Notes: generated by a model from the sequence alone, not told the origin. 64,000 nt of DNA from Thermoanaerobaculia bacterium (GCA_963816185.1 CAWFJJ010000030.1:128001-192000), one strand, 5' to 3'; numbered from the stretch's first letter, positions 19,602 to 30,813 are shown. Made by a program: numbers and translations.

Positions 19602-22166
19602 CTAGAACGTCGTCCCGATGGAGAACGCGAAATCCGTTCGGGACTCGGGCTGGATCACGTTACCCGCCTGGTCTTTGATGTCCTTCGGCGAGAGGTTGAT
19701 GCCGTAGATGAACCGCAGGGGTGCCTGGAAGATCGGCAGGAGGATCCTCATCTCGAGACCCGTCGACTTCCGCAGCGCTCCCAGGTCCGGGGATTGGCCC
19801 TCGAGCCACGTGTTCCCCGCGTCGAAAAAGAGCGCGACCTTGAGAGGGCCGGCCAGGGTATAGACGTATTCGGAGTTGAAGACGAGGAATCGGTCGCCCC
19901 CGATGAGCGCCCCGGCGCTCGTGAAGAACGCCTTGTTCTGGCTGTCCACCGGGAAGATGGATCCGAATTTGAAGCCGCGCACGGATCGGTCTCCGCCGAG
20001 GCGGTACCGCTCGAAAAGAGGGATCCGGCTGTCGTAGCCGATCTCGGCGGGGTCCTGTGCGCCGCTGTAGGCTCGAAGCAGACCGAGGTCGAGGTTGAAC
20101 GCGAAGTCGCCCCTCTTCCCGAAAGGGATGTATTTCGTAGCGTTCGCGCTCAGTTTGAAATATGAAAAGTCGCCTCCGAAGGGGCCTCCCGCGATCGAAA
20201 GCGAGACTCCGAACTTCGTTCCGCGGGTCGGATCGAACGGATCGTTGCGGCTGTCATAGCGGTACCCGGGCGTGACCGCCGACGTCTTGCCGGCATACGT
20301 CGCGAACGCGGTGGGCACCGTCCCGGCTCCCGGGGGGGGCGGGGGCGGATAGACCTGGTACGTGCTCGTCTGGTCCGTAAACCCGTAGAAGATCGACGCG
20401 AGGTCGAAGAGCCCCAGCCCGTACCCGAACGAGACGCTCGCACCCTTGCTCTTCTCGTCGAGGCCTCCCGCGACGTCGCTGTAGTCGAGGGTCCGGTTGA
20501 ACACCGAGCCGCCGACGGACATCCGCTGGTCGAGGAACCACGGCTCGGAGAACGAAATGTCGAAAAAGTTCGAGCGGTTGCCGCGCTGGAACTGGAGACC
20601 CAGGGTGTCGCCCCGGCCGAGGAAATTGCGCGTCGAGAACTGGAACTGTCCGAAGAGGCCGTCGAGCTGCGAATAGCCCGCTCCGAACTGGACCTCGTTG
20701 CGATTCGTGTCCGTCCCCTTGATCGAGACGTCGACGGTCTTCTTTTCCGAGTTGACCCGGAAATCCGGGTCTTCCTCGATCTTGTAGTAGCCGAGCTGCG
20801 TCACCTTGAACAGGCTCTTCTTGAAGGTCTCCATGTCCATGATGTCGCCTTCGAAAACCTGCAGCTCGCGTCTCAGCACCTTGTCGCGCGTCGTCTTGTT
20901 GCCCGTGAACTCGATCCGGCCGAGCCGGTACTGATCGCCCTCGGTGACCTTCACGGCGACGTCCACGACGTGGTTCGGCTTCTCGGTGTTCTCCGGATTC
21001 ATGAAGACGTAGATGTAGCCCCGGCTGCGGTAGATCGCGTCGATCGCCTTCATGCCGTCCGCGATCACGGCCCGGCTCATCGGCTTTCCGGGCTTGTACG
21101 GGAAGAACCGCTCGAGCGCTTCCGGCCTGAACACCGTCGACCCCTCGACGGTGACTTTGCCGAAGTAGAACCTCTCTCCCTCGACGATCGGGATCGTCAT
21201 CCTCACACGCCTCTTGATCTTCTCCGGGCGCTTCTCGGAAGGGTTTGTCACGAACACGTCGAGGATGGGATCCTTGATGACGACGTCCTTGTAGCCGACG
21301 TCCTGATAGCGCTTGCGCAGCGCCTCGACGTCCTCCTCGTACCCCGCCTGGTTGTACGTGGACTTGCTGTCGAAGAAGCGCCACCAGTGCGCCTGCTTCG
21401 TCTTCTTGAGCGTGTAGCGGAGCTTCGTCTGCCCGAAGACCGTGTTGCCCGAGAACTTGATCGATTCGATCTTGATCTTGTCGCCTTCATCGATCAGGAA
21501 GACGATGCGGCGCTGAAGGTCGGAGACGTTCTCGGTCGTGGCGTCGACCGCGGCGGAGCGGAATCCTTCGGCCTTGTATGCGTCGAGAAGAACGGTCTTG
21601 GCTTTCGCCACGTCGCGCAGCGAGACCGGCGCGCCGACGCGGATCTCGGCCTTTCCTTCCTTGAGCTTGTCCTTGAGCTGCGAAGTCGTGAGCTTCTTGT
21701 TGCCTCGGAACTCGAGGTCCGCGACGGTGGGCCGTTCCACCACGGTCGCGACGATCACGACGCCTGCGGGGGACGTCTCCTTTTCCAGCGTCACGTCTTC
21801 GAAGAGCCCGGAATCCCAGAGCTTGTTGAAATTCCGCTTGATGAGGTCTTCGTCGTAGGGGTCGCCGACTTTGACGCCGAGATAGAAGCCGACCGTCTCG
21901 GGAGCGGTGGTCTTTCCGCCGTGCACGACGATCTGCGCGATCTTCGGCCTGTTCGCGGAGGCCGCGGGCTCGGGCGCGATCGCCACGGACGCTTTCGGCA
22001 TCGTGCCCGTGAGCGGCGACTCGGGCCGGGTCGCGCCGAAGATGCTTTCGCCGGCGGCCGCGGGAGAGGGCGTGGGCGTCGGAGTCGGCGCCTGCGCGTG
22101 GACCGTCTCGCGACCGAGAAAGACCGCCAGAACCCCTGCGAGAGCTCCCGCCCGTATGAAGCGCAC
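19602..22166 (-). CDS. bamA: Outer membrane protein assembly factor
   Basis: POTRA repeats, RNFLGRG, SVRGF and a C-terminal FSIGTTF. Start is approximate. Confidence 0.95.
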   Translation of the reverse strand: MRFIRAGALAGVLAVFLGRETVHAQAPTPTPTPSPAAAGESIFGATRPESPLTGTMPKASVAIAPEPAASANRPKIAQIVVHGGKTTAPETVGFYLGVKVGDPYDEDLIKRNFNKLWDSGLFEDVTLEKETSPAGVVIVATVVERPTVADLEFRGNKKLTTSQLKDKLKEGKAEIRVGAPVSLRDVAKAKTVLLDAYKAEGFRSAAVDATTENVSDLQRRIVFLIDEGDKIKIESIKFSGNTVFGQTKLRYTLKKTKQAHWWRFFDSKSTYNQAGYEEDVEALRKRYQDVGYKDVVIKDPILDVFVTNPSEKRPEKIKRRVRMTIPIVEGERFYFGKVTVEGSTVFRPEALERFFPYKPGKPMSRAVIADGMKAIDAIYRSRGYIYVFMNPENTEKPNHVVDVAVKVTEGDQYRLGRIEFTGNKTTRDKVLRRELQVFEGDIMDMETFKKSLFKVTQLGYYKIEEDPDFRVNSEKKTVDVSIKGTDTNRNEVQFGAGYSQLDGLFGQFQFSTRNFLGRGDTLGLQFQRGNRSNFFDISFSEPWFLDQRMSVGGSVFNRTLDYSDVAGGLDEKSKGASVSFGYGLGLFDLASIFYGFTDQTSTYQVYPPPPPPGAGTVPTAFATYAGKTSAVTPGYRYDSRNDPFDPTRGTKFGVSLSIAGGPFGGDFSYFKLSANATKYIPFGKRGDFAFNLDLGLLRAYSGAQDPAEIGYDSRIPLFERYRLGGDRSVRGFKFGSIFPVDSQNKAFFTSAGALIGGDRFLVFNSEYVYTLAGPLKVALFFDAGNTWLEGQSPDLGALRKSTGLEMRILLPIFQAPLRFIYGINLSPKDIKDQAGNVIQPESRTDFAFSIGTTF

Positions 22167-22225
22167 GGATCGACCCGACGCTGACCCGGCGGTACCGCCG
22201 GACGGGTGATTCAGGGGCACCCCGC

Positions 22226-24652
22226 TTACCGGCCCGTACCGACCGGCTCGGGAGCTCGAACCTGAACCTTGAGCTCGTCTCCTGATACGGTCACTTCGAC
22301 ACACTCGATAGGCTCTTTAGAGCCGATGAGCAATTCCGATACCGCATCCTCGACGTGCCGTTGAATGGTCCTGCGCAGCGGCCGCGCGCCCGAATGGATG
22401 TCGTGCCCCGACGCCTTGAGGAGCCAGTCCACGGCGGCTTCGTCCACGACGAGCCTCAAGCCGCGATGCTTCAGAGTCATCCCGACGTCATCGAGAAGCA
22501 GTCGGCCGATGCCCCGGAGCTCCGCGAGCCCCAGCGGGTTGAACACGATGATCTCGTCGATGCGGTTGATGAACTCCGGCGAGAACTCGCGCCGAAGCTC
22601 TTTGAGGACCATGTCCTCGATCTCGCGCTTCTCGGGGGCGTTCTTCGTGTCCCCGAAGCCCATGCGGCTGCCCGTGACGAGGAACTTCGTCCCCACGTTC
22701 GAGGTCATGATGATGAGCGTGTTCTTGAAGTCGACGACGTTTCCGTACGCGTCCGTGAGCTGTCCGTCCTCGAGAATCTGCAGGAGAAGATTCGCGATGT
22801 CCGGATGGGCCTTCTCGATCTCGTCGAGGAGGATCACCGAGTAGGGCTGGCGCCGGATGCGCTCCGTGAGCTGGCCGCCCTCCTCGTGCCCCACGTAGCC
22901 GGGGGGCGACCCGATGAGCTTCGAGACGGCGTGCTTCTCCATGTACTCGGACATGTCGAATCGCACGAGGGCCTTCTGATTGTTGAAGAGGAATTCGGCG
23001 AGCTGGCGAGCGGCCTCTGTCTTGCCGACGCCGGAGGGCCCGAGAAAAATGAACGATCCCATCGGCCGGTTCGGGCTCTTGACCCCGAGGCGCGAGCGGC
23101 GGATGGCGCGGCTGATTGCCTCGAGCGCGCGATCCTGACCGATGACGCGCTTCTTGAGGGACTCCTCCATGTGGAGGAGCTTCTCTGCTTCCTCCATCTG
23201 GAGGGACGTCACCGGGATCCCCGTCCAGCTCGAGATGATCTCCTCGACGTCCGAACGGTTCACGTCCACTGGTTGCCCGTCGTCGAGAGCGGAGGTCTTC
23301 GTGTGCTCGATCTCCTCCTTGATCTCGATCTCGCGTTCGCGCAGGAAGACGGCCCGCTCGAAGTCCTTTTCCGAGATCGCCTTCTTCATGTCCTTGACGA
23401 TCCCCTTGATCTCGCCCTCGAGGCGCCTCAGGTTCTGGGTGTCCGCCGTCTTGCGCAGCTTCACCTTCGCGCCGGCCTCGTCGAGGATGTCGATGGCTTT
23501 GTCCGGGAAGAAGCGGTCCGGAATGTAACGGTTCGCCTGGTAGACGGCCGTCTTGATGGCGTCCGCCGTGTAGTGCACGCGGTGGAACGTCTCGTAGCGC
23601 TCGCGGACTCCGTCGAGGATCCGGAGCGTCTCTTCCTCGTCCGGCGGAGCCACCATGATGGCCTGGAAGCGGCGAAGGAGGGACCGGTCCTTCTCGATGT
23701 ACTTGCGGTACTCCTTCAGCGTCGTCGCGCCGATGCAGGAGATCTCCCCGCGCGAGAGCGCGGGCTTGAGGATGTTCGCGGCGTCGAGCGAGCCTTCGGC
23801 CGAGCCCGCGCCGATCAGCGAGTGGATCTCGTCGATGAAGACGATGAGGTCGAGGTTCTCCTTCAGCTCCTTGAGGATGCCCTTGAGGCGCTCCTCGAAC
23901 TGGCCGCGGTACTTCGTGCCCGCGACGATGAGCGAGAGGTCCAGGGCGAGGATCTTCCTCTGCGCGAGGAACAGAGGAACGCCGCCCTCCACGATGCGCT
24001 GCGCGAGGCCCTCGACGATCGCGGTCTTGCCGACGCCCGGCTCGCCGAGAAGGATCGGGTTGTTCTTCGTACGGCGCGAGAGGATCTGAATGATCCGCTC
24101 GACCTCCACGTCGCGCCCGACGAGCGGGTCGAATGCTCCCTGCTGCGCGAGCGCGGTCAGGTCGCGCGCGTACTCGGCCAGGAACGGCAATTCCTTCTTC
24201 TGCTTCGACGCCTCGCGCTCCTTGATCAGCGCGATCGTCTCCTCGCGCACGCCGTACAGGTTGAAGCCGTGCGACATCAGGATGCGGCCCGCGACGCACG
24301 GATCCACGCGGAGGATGCCGATGAGGAGGTGCTCCGTGCCGACGTAGGGATGCATCATCGACTCGGCCTCGTGCGAGGCGTAGGCGAGGATCTTCTTGGA
24401 CTCCTCCGAGAGCGGCAGCTCCTGGGTGGAGGAGACGCGCTCGACGAACACGCGATCGCCCTCGATCTCCCGGCGGATCTCGTCGGGCTTCACGTTGAAG
24501 CGGGCGAAGATCTCCTTGATGATCTCTTCGCCCTCGCGGAGGACCCCGAGCAGGATGTGCTCGGACTCGATGACCTTGGAGCCCAGCTTCGAGGACTCGT
24601 ACCGGGCGAAGAACAACGCCCGGCGCGCCTTCTCGTTGTATTTTTCGAACAT
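22226..24652 (-). CDS. clpC: ATP-dependent Clp protease ATPase subunit
   Basis: [11 protein letters not shown] Clp-N repeats, two Walker A motifs ([16 protein letters not shown]) and a UVR-like middle domain. Confidence 0.95.
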   Translation of the reverse strand: MFEKYNEKARRALFFARYESSKLGSKVIESEHILLGVLREGEEIIKEIFARFNVKPDEIRREIEGDRVFVERVSSTQELPLSEESKKILAYASHEAESMMHPYVGTEHLLIGILRVDPCVAGRILMSHGFNLYGVREETIALIKEREASKQKKELPFLAEYARDLTALAQQGAFDPLVGRDVEVERIIQILSRRTKNNPILLGEPGVGKTAIVEGLAQRIVEGGVPLFLAQRKILALDLSLIVAGTKYRGQFEERLKGILKELKENLDLIVFIDEIHSLIGAGSAEGSLDAANILKPALSRGEISCIGATTLKEYRKYIEKDRSLLRRFQAIMVAPPDEEETLRILDGVRERYETFHRVHYTADAIKTAVYQANRYIPDRFFPDKAIDILDEAGAKVKLRKTADTQNLRRLEGEIKGIVKDMKKAISEKDFERAVFLREREIEIKEEIEHTKTSALDDGQPVDVNRSDVEEIISSWTGIPVTSLQMEEAEKLLHMEESLKKRVIGQDRALEAISRAIRRSRLGVKSPNRPMGSFIFLGPSGVGKTEAARQLAEFLFNNQKALVRFDMSEYMEKHAVSKLIGSPPGYVGHEEGGQLTERIRRQPYSVILLDEIEKAHPDIANLLLQILEDGQLTDAYGNVVDFKNTLIIMTSNVGTKFLVTGSRMGFGDTKNAPEKREIEDMVLKELRREFSPEFINRIDEIIVFNPLGLAELRGIGRLLLDDVGMTLKHRGLRLVVDEAAVDWLLKASGHDIHSGARPLRRTIQRHVEDAVSELLIGSKEPIECVEVTVSGDELKVQVRAPEPVGTGR

Positions 24653-24666
24653 GTCAGTTGACCGTT

Positions 24667-25389
24667 TCAACCCCTCGAAGAGAGCGGGAGGGCGCTCCCC
24701 ACGACATCGCTCAAACCCTCTTCTCCCAGCAATTTGATCGTAGCACAGCGACGCGCCCACTCCGGGTCGTGAGTCACGACGATCGCGGCTCCGGCGCGCT
24801 CTTTCGCAACCTCGGCCAGGAGCTCGAAGACCTGGGTCGCGTGGGCGGCGTCGAGGCTCCCCGTGGGCTCGTCACAGAGGAGGAGCCGCGGTCGCCTCAC
24901 GACCGCGCGTGCGATCGCGACGCGCTGCCTCTCGCCGCCCGAGAGAGTCCGCGGAAAGGCGGCCGCACGGCCGAGAAGGCCCACACGGTCGAGAACCTCG
25001 CGCGCGACGCCGCGGCCTTCCTCTTCGGTTGCCCCGGCGAGGAAGAGCGGAAGCGCAACGTTCTCCTCGGCCGAGAGCTCGGGAAGAAGATGGTGGAACT
25101 GAAACACGAAGCCCACGCTCGCGCCGCGCACGGCCGCGCGTGGGGCCGGCCCGAGCGCCGCCCAGTCCGCGCCGTCGAGCGTGACGCGGCCGGCGTCGGG
25201 CGTGTCGAGCCCGGCGAAAAGGTGGAGCAGCGTCGACTTTCCGCAGCCCGAAGGCCCCGTGATGGCGAGAAGATCGCCCGGCCTCACGGCGAGCGAAACT
25301 CCGCGGAAGACCTCGACCCGCGCCTCGCCTGCCCCGAACCCCTTCGCGAGGCCCTCCGCGACGAGCAAGGCCGCCGCTTCAGGCCCCAC
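24667..25389 (-). CDS. lolD: Lipoprotein-releasing ABC transporter ATPase
   Basis: [31 protein letters not shown] and DEPTG. Confidence 0.9.
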   Translation of the reverse strand: MGPEAAALLVAEGLAKGFGAGEARVEVFRGVSLAVRPGDLLAITGPSGCGKSTLLHLFAGLDTPDAGRVTLDGADWAALGPAPRAAVRGASVGFVFQFHHLLPELSAEENVALPLFLAGATEEEGRGVAREVLDRVGLLGRAAAFPRTLSGGERQRVAIARAVVRRPRLLLCDEPTGSLDAAHATQVFELLAEVAKERAGAAIVVTHDPEWARRCATIKLLGEEGLSDVVGSALPLSSRG

Positions 25390-26524
25390 GGAGGGCCTCC
25401 ACGGCACTCTGGCGCGCGGCGGTGCGGGCGGGCACCGTCGCCACGACGAACGCCCACAGGATCGACAGCACCGCGACCGCGCTCACGTCGAGAGGATCGA
25501 CGCGGAAGGGTGCGTGGCTCATCCCGTAGAGCTGCGCGGGCAGAGGAATGAGGCCGAGCCTCTCGAGCAGGAAAGATGCCGCGACGCCGAGGAGAACTCC
25601 CGCGAGCGTGCCCGCCATCCCAACGCAGCCCCCTGCGACTCGAAAGACCTTCTCCACGATCCTCGGAGACGCCCCGAGCACCGAAAGGACGGCGGCGTCC
25701 CCCGCGCGCGTCGCCGCGAGGACCGCCGACGTGGCCGCCAGGTTCAGGCCCGCCACGATCACGATCAGGAAAACAGCCGCGAACAGGACGAAGCGCTCGA
25801 GCCTCAGTGCGAGGACGAGGGCCCGGTTCTGCTCTTCCCACGTCGTCACGGCAACGGAAGGCCCGAGCGCGGCCGCCACGGCCTCTGCGCCGGCCTTCGC
25901 GTTCGTCGGATCCTTCAGGATGACCTCGTAGCCGGTCGCCCCGTCCGGGCCGAGCGCGAAGAGGCGCCTCGCCTCGTCGAGCGAAAGGCTCGCCTCGGCG
26001 GCGCGACGCCCGGTGGACGAGGGTGCGAGGGCGGTGATTCTCAAGGTCGAGACGATCGGCACCGGGCCGAGCGGCGAGAGCCGCGCGCGCGACGAGACGA
26101 GAGTCACGGTTTCTCCCGGCACGACGCCGAGCGGCCGGGCCTGGGCCACGTCGAGCACGAGCCCTTTCGTTTTCTCGCGACCCACGACCTCCGCCGGAGC
26201 GGCGTCGCGCCCCATCGACACCCACACACGGCCGCGCACGACGGGCGACACCGAGACGACGCCGGCGATAGCCGCGAGCTTCCCGGCGATCCGGTCCACG
26301 TCGTGGAACGGGCCGCGGCCGGCAGGCGTCACGAGGAGATGCGGCGTCTCGGCGAGAAGCCGGCTCCTCACGTGCGTCTGAAACCCCGCGAGCAGCGCGA
26401 GTGACACGACGAGTGCCGCGACTCCGAGCGTGAGCCCGCAAAAAGCCGCGAGGGCGACGACCCCCACCTGCGCATCGCGCCGCGACGCGAGGAGATAACG
26501 CTTGGCGAGAAAGAAAGAAATCAA
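25379..26524 (-). CDS. Lipoprotein-releasing ABC transporter permease (LolC/E family)
   Basis: FFLAKRYL...GLTLGVAALVVSL, FtsX-type C-terminus, adjacent to lolD. Confidence 0.88.
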   Translation of the reverse strand: MISFFLAKRYLLASRRDAQVGVVALAAFCGLTLGVAALVVSLALLAGFQTHVRSRLLAETPHLLVTPAGRGPFHDVDRIAGKLAAIAGVVSVSPVVRGRVWVSMGRDAAPAEVVGREKTKGLVLDVAQARPLGVVPGETVTLVSSRARLSPLGPVPIVSTLRITALAPSSTGRRAAEASLSLDEARRLFALGPDGATGYEVILKDPTNAKAGAEAVAAALGPSVAVTTWEEQNRALVLALRLERFVLFAAVFLIVIVAGLNLAATSAVLAATRAGDAAVLSVLGASPRIVEKVFRVAGGCVGMAGTLAGVLLGVAASFLLERLGLIPLPAQLYGMSHAPFRVDPLDVSAVAVLSILWAFVVATVPARTAARQSAVEALRGA

Positions 26525-26532
26525 GAGAAGAG

Positions 26533-26618
26533 GATTTTCTTAGGGGGAAAAGAGAAGAGGAAGATCTTCTTAGAAGGGGAAGAGGGCGCAGGCCACCTGC
26601 TGACCTTTCTAAGCATCT
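26533..26618. repeat. Bipartite inverted-arm element, copy E2 (two left arms)
   Basis: GATTTTCTTAGGGG (26533), GATCTTCTTAGAAGG (26563) ... CCTTTCTAAGCATC (26604). The right arm supplies the lysS TAG. Confidence 0.75.
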
Positions 26619-28240
26619 TTATCTTTCTTCGGTCTCATCAATGGAAACAAAATCACGTCGCGAATGGACGGCGAGTTCGTGAAGAGCATCGCGAGGCGGT
26701 CGATGCCGACGCCTTCGCCCGCCGTGGGCGGCATCCCGTACGAAAGCGCCTCGACGTAGTCCTCGTCGTAGAGCATCGCCTCCTCGTCGCCCTTGCCGCG
26801 CTCTTTCACCTGTGCGCGGAACTTCTCCGCCTGCTCGTCGGGGTCGTTCAGCTCTGAGAACCCGTTCGCGACCTCCATCCTCCCGATGAACAGCTCGAAG
26901 CGGTCGGCGGTATCCGGGTCGCCCGGCTTCGTCTTCGAGAGCGGCGAAATCTCCGCCGGATAGTCGACGATGTACGTCGGCTGCAGGAGCCGTTTCTCGA
27001 CGACGGCGCCGAAGATTTCGGCGAGGAGCTTCCCTTTCGAATCGCCGAAACGCTCGACGGACTCCACGCCATAGCGTTCGGCTGTTTTTCTTAGAAGGTG
27101 GAGGTCGCTGAGGGTCTCACGAGTGACGGCGGGGCGCTCGCCCGCCCGCACGGGACCATTCGAAGAAATCTTCTCTTCTTCTTTCTTCCTGTCTTCTTCC
27201 GCCGCCGGGATGTTCTCGAGAATCGCGTCCACCATGGAGATCCGCTTGAACGGCGCCTTGAGCGAGATCGTCTCGTTGCCCCACTCGAGCTCGGTCGTCC
27301 CGAGGATCTCCCGCGCGGCGCCCGTGAGAAGCTCCTCCGTGAGCGCCATCTGGTCTCGCGCGTCGGCGTAGGCCGTGTAGAACTCGAGCATCGTGAATTC
27401 GGGATTGTGGTGCGTGGAGATCCCTTCGTTCCGGAAATTGCGGTTGATCTCGTAGACCCTCGGGAAGCCGCCGATGACGAGCCGCTTGAGATAAAGCTCG
27501 GGAGCGATGCGCAGGAAGAGGTCTAGGTCGAGCGCGTGGTGATGCGTCACGAACGGGCGCGCGGCCGCGCCCCCCGCGAGCGTCTGCATCATCGGCGTCT
27601 CCACCTCGACGAAGCCGCGCGCGTCGAAGAAGCGGCGAATGAACCCCACGATCTTCGCCCGGATCTCGAACGTCCTGCGCGTCTCCGGCGAGACGACGAG
27701 GTCGACGTAACGCTGCCGGTACTTCCGCTCGACGTCCGTCAGGCCGTGCCATTTTTCCGGCAGCGGCCGCAGGGACTTCGAGAGGAAATCGAGGGAGCCC
27801 GCCCTCACGGACAGCTCTCCGGTACGGGTCCGGAAGACCGTTCCGGCGACTCCCACGTGGTCGCCGAGGTCGAGCTGCTCCAGAAGGTCCCAGTCGCCCG
27901 GGCGAAGCGCGTCCTTCTTGAGGTAAGCCTGCACGCGGCGGACGCCGTCCGAGAGATCGAGGAAGGTCGCCTTCCCCATCTTGCGGATCGCGAGGATGCG
28001 GCCCGGCACGCGCACGAACCGCTCGGCTGAGGGTTCAGCGTCGAGGGCGGCGGCGTCCAGGGGCGACCACCTCGCGACGACGTCCGACACGAGATGCGTG
28101 GGATCCCAGCGATTCGGGTACAGCGCGCGCCCGAGGGCCGCGATGCGCGCGCGCGCGGCGCGGCGGTTCGCGATCTGCTCGGGGAGCTCGAGCTCCCGGG
28201 GAGGTACCGGCGGGGCGGCGGCTTTAGGAGTTTCGGCCAT
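26609..28240 (-). CDS. lysS: Lysine--tRNA ligase (class II)
   Basis: KYRQRYVDL, LRIAPELYLKRL, FRNEGIS.HNPEFT and GIDRL. Confidence 0.97.
   Translation of the reverse strand: MAETPKAAAPPVPPRELELPEQIANRRAARARIAALGRALYPNRWDPTHLVSDVVARWSPLDAAALDAEPSAERFVRVPGRILAIRKMGKATFLDLSDGVRRVQAYLKKDALRPGDWDLLEQLDLGDHVGVAGTVFRTRTGELSVRAGSLDFLSKSLRPLPEKWHGLTDVERKYRQRYVDLVVSPETRRTFEIRAKIVGFIRRFFDARGFVEVETPMMQTLAGGAAARPFVTHHHALDLDLFLRIAPELYLKRLVIGGFPRVYEINRNFRNEGISTHHNPEFTMLEFYTAYADARDQMALTEELLTGAAREILGTTELEWGNETISLKAPFKRISMVDAILENIPAAEEDRKKEEEKISSNGPVRAGERPAVTRETLSDLHLLRKTAERYGVESVERFGDSKGKLLAEIFGAVVEKRLLQPTYIVDYPAEISPLSKTKPGDPDTADRFELFIGRMEVANGFSELNDPDEQAEKFRAQVKERGKGDEEAMLYDEDYVEALSYGMPPTAGEGVGIDRLAMLFTNSPSIRDVILFPLMRPKKDKDA
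27085..27171. repeat. Bipartite inverted-arm element, copy E3, inside lysS
   Basis: TTTTTCTTAGAAGG (27085-27098) ... CCATTCGAAGAAATCT (27156-27171). Confidence 0.7.
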
Positions 28241-28301
28241 CGGGCCGATTAAACCATCGACGCGTCCGGCGGGGTTGTGGTCCGAGTCTTCCCCGTTTCC
28301 T

Positions 28302-29888
28302 TCACCTTCCGCCGAGGGCGTCGTAGAGCAGCCAGAGCCCCGCGAATGCACGGAGATGCCGGAAGCGCGAGCGGGTCAGGTGATTCCACGGCTCGATGCC
28401 CTCCGATTCGGCTGCGGCGAGCGCCTGTCGGAAGAGGCCGTCGACCTCCCGGGCGCGCGCGAGGCACTTGCCCGCGGGTTGGAGCGTGCTCTCGGAGGCG
28501 GACGAGTCTCCCACCTCGCCGACGAGGTCGCGCAACTTGTGCGCCTCTTCGTCCATTCTCTGCCGAAGGACGGCGGCGTTGAAGAAGAGGCGGTCTCGTT
28601 CGGCTGCGGGCTCTCCGTCCTTGCCTTTACGAAGGACCCGGAGGGTCGACCGCACCTCCCAGGTCTCGAGCCGGGCTCCGTGCACGGGCACGCCGCTCGG
28701 CGGGTCCGACCGGACGAGATCCACGCTCGCGAAGAGGCGGCGGGAGCTCTCGGACGTGAGGCGGTCCGTCTCGGCGCGCCAAGCGATCCCCGCGCCCGTG
28801 TCCCGTCGGATCGGCAGGGGTGTCGCACCTTTCGACACCTCGCTCTTCCGGCGGCCGCCCGTTCCGGCGGTCGAATCCGAGCCCACGTCGAACTCCTCCG
28901 CAGCCGCGGGATCGAGGCGTGAGAGGAGCTTGTGGAGCGACTCCTTCAGCCTCTTGACGTCGCGCGGGCGCACCCCGCGCCGGCGGCTCGCCTTCTCGAA
29001 CTCGTCCTTGTCCTTGCGAAAGCGCTCGAGATCGTCGCGGAACTCGGGGCTCATGAAGCGGGCGTCCTGCTCGAGGTCCTTTTCTTTCTCGAGAACCTCG
29101 CGGGAGGCCGAGAGGATGCGCTTCTCCTCCTCCTTGTAAAGGAGCTGGAACTTCTTCTTCACCGCGACGTTCGACGAGAGGATCGCCTGCATGACCTCGG
29201 AGTCGTAGAACGCCCTTCCCATCCGGTGCTTCAGCGTGCGGATGTTCTCGAGCGTCCTGCGCTTGGAGAGGTCCTCGAAGCGTTCGCAGGCTTCGAGGTC
29301 GCGGCGAAGGATGTCCAGGAGGGAGACGACGGACTTCACCTCGGCGGCATCGGCCCGCTGCCGCACCATGAGAGAGAGAAGCGCCTCGCTCAGCTTCTGC
29401 AGCTCGGGGGCGGACTTGAGCTCGGTCTCGCCCACTTTTCCCGCCGTGGTGCCGAGGCGCGTCATGAGGAAGTCTACCTTGTCCATCTCGTCGGACGAGA
29501 GCGTCGGCGTGTAGTAATAGAACTTCACGATCGAGAGGAGCAGCTCCTCGTCGCCGGCCTTTACACGCTCGAAGAACTGGCGCATCGCGCTCGGGGAAAT
29601 CTGGCTGTCGTCCTCGGCCAGCGTCGCGTGCAGCGTGTCGAGCTGGCCGTCGAGGCGCGCCATCGCCGCGCGCGTGTCGGCTGCGGGCTCCACGCCTTTC
29701 GTCTCCTTGATGCGCTTGATCTGCTCGTAAAGGGGTGCGAAGGAGACCGCCGGCCCCGTGGCCCCACGAAGGCTCGTCCTGTGCACCCCCTGGAGGAACT
29801 GATGAAACGTCCAAAGGGTCTTGAACTTCATGGAGAGGCGGGCGTAGGCCAGCGAGATGGCTTCGGGGTCGGGCACGGTGCTCGTCAC
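28302..29888 (-). CDS. Hypothetical alpha-helical protein
   Basis: Long ORF with genome-typical codon usage. No family recognised. GTG start inferred. Confidence 0.75.
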   Translation of the reverse strand: MTSTVPDPEAISLAYARLSMKFKTLWTFHQFLQGVHRTSLRGATGPAVSFAPLYEQIKRIKETKGVEPAADTRAAMARLDGQLDTLHATLAEDDSQISPSAMRQFFERVKAGDEELLLSIVKFYYYTPTLSSDEMDKVDFLMTRLGTTAGKVGETELKSAPELQKLSEALLSLMVRQRADAAEVKSVVSLLDILRRDLEACERFEDLSKRRTLENIRTLKHRMGRAFYDSEVMQAILSSNVAVKKKFQLLYKEEEKRILSASREVLEKEKDLEQDARFMSPEFRDDLERFRKDKDEFEKASRRRGVRPRDVKRLKESLHKLLSRLDPAAAEEFDVGSDSTAGTGGRRKSEVSKGATPLPIRRDTGAGIAWRAETDRLTSESSRRLFASVDLVRSDPPSGVPVHGARLETWEVRSTLRVLRKGKDGEPAAERDRLFFNAAVLRQRMDEEAHKLRDLVGEVGDSSASESTLQPAGKCLARAREVDGLFRQALAAAESEGIEPWNHLTRSRFRHLRAFAGLWLLYDALGGR

Positions 29889-29914
29889 GTTTTGCCGATG
29901 ATAGTCTGACCGCC

Positions 29915-30433
29915 ATGATCGACCGTATCCTGCTTTCCGAGGAGACGATCGCGAGACGCCTGGACGTTCTCGCGAAGGAGATCGACGCGGCATACGCGGG
30001 CAAGGATCTCCTCGCCGTCGGCATCCTGAAGGGCTCGGTGTTCTTCCTGACCGACCTCCTGAAGCGCCTCAGCGTGCCGGTCTCGGTCGACTTTCTCCAG
30101 GTGCGTTCCTATGCCGGAACGAGCTCCTCGGGAAACATCAACATCGTCCACGATCTTTCGATGGACGTCCTGGGTAGAGACGTCCTTCTCTTCGAGGACG
30201 TGATCGACACGGGCCTCACGCTCCGGAAGATCCTCGACCTCCTTGCCTCGAGAAAGCCCCGCTCCTTGAGAGTGGCGGCGCTCCTCAAGAAGAGGCTGCC
30301 CGAAAACCGCGACATCCGCACGGACTTCCTCGGGTTCGAGATCGGCCCCGAGTTCGTCATAGGCTACGGCCTCGACCTAGACGAGAAGTACCGAAATCTG
30401 CCGCACGTGGCTGTATGGGATCCAACGCGATGA
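29915..30433 (+). CDS. hpt: Hypoxanthine phosphoribosyltransferase
   Basis: VGILKGS, LLFEDVIDTGLTL and FVIGYGLD..EKYRNLP. Confidence 0.96.
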   Translation: MIDRILLSEETIARRLDVLAKEIDAAYAGKDLLAVGILKGSVFFLTDLLKRLSVPVSVDFLQVRSYAGTSSSGNINIVHDLSMDVLGRDVLLFEDVIDTGLTLRKILDLLASRKPRSLRVAALLKKRLPENRDIRTDFLGFEIGPEFVIGYGLDLDEKYRNLPHVAVWDPTR

Positions 30434-30813
30434 GCCTGAAGACGATCTCCGTCGACAACGCCCCAAAGGCCATCGGCCCCTATGCGCAGGGAATCGTGGC
30501 CGGAGGCTTCCTCTTCACCGCGGGCCAGGTGGGCCTCGACCCGGCCACGATGAAGCTCGTCCAAGGCGACGTCGCTGCCCAGACGCAGCGCGTCTTCGAC
30601 AATCTCGAGGCCGTCCTGGCGGGTGCGGGCGCTTCGCTTTCGGACGTCGTCCGCGCGGGCGTCTACCTCGTCGACATGGGCGACTTCGCGAAAATGAACG
30701 AAGTCTTTTCAGCCCGCTTCGGCGCCCACCGCCCGGCGCGGTCGACCGTCGCGGTCGCAACGCTCCCGGCCGGGGCCCGGGTGGAGATCGACCTCGTCGT
30801 CCGCGTAGGATAG
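30430..30813 (+). CDS. ridA: RidA/YjgF family enamine deaminase
   Basis: APKAIGPYAQG, AGQVGLDP and PARSTVAV..LP.GARVEID. Confidence 0.93.
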   Translation: MSLKTISVDNAPKAIGPYAQGIVAGGFLFTAGQVGLDPATMKLVQGDVAAQTQRVFDNLEAVLAGAGASLSDVVRAGVYLVDMGDFAKMNEVFSARFGAHRPARSTVAVATLPAGARVEIDLVVRVG

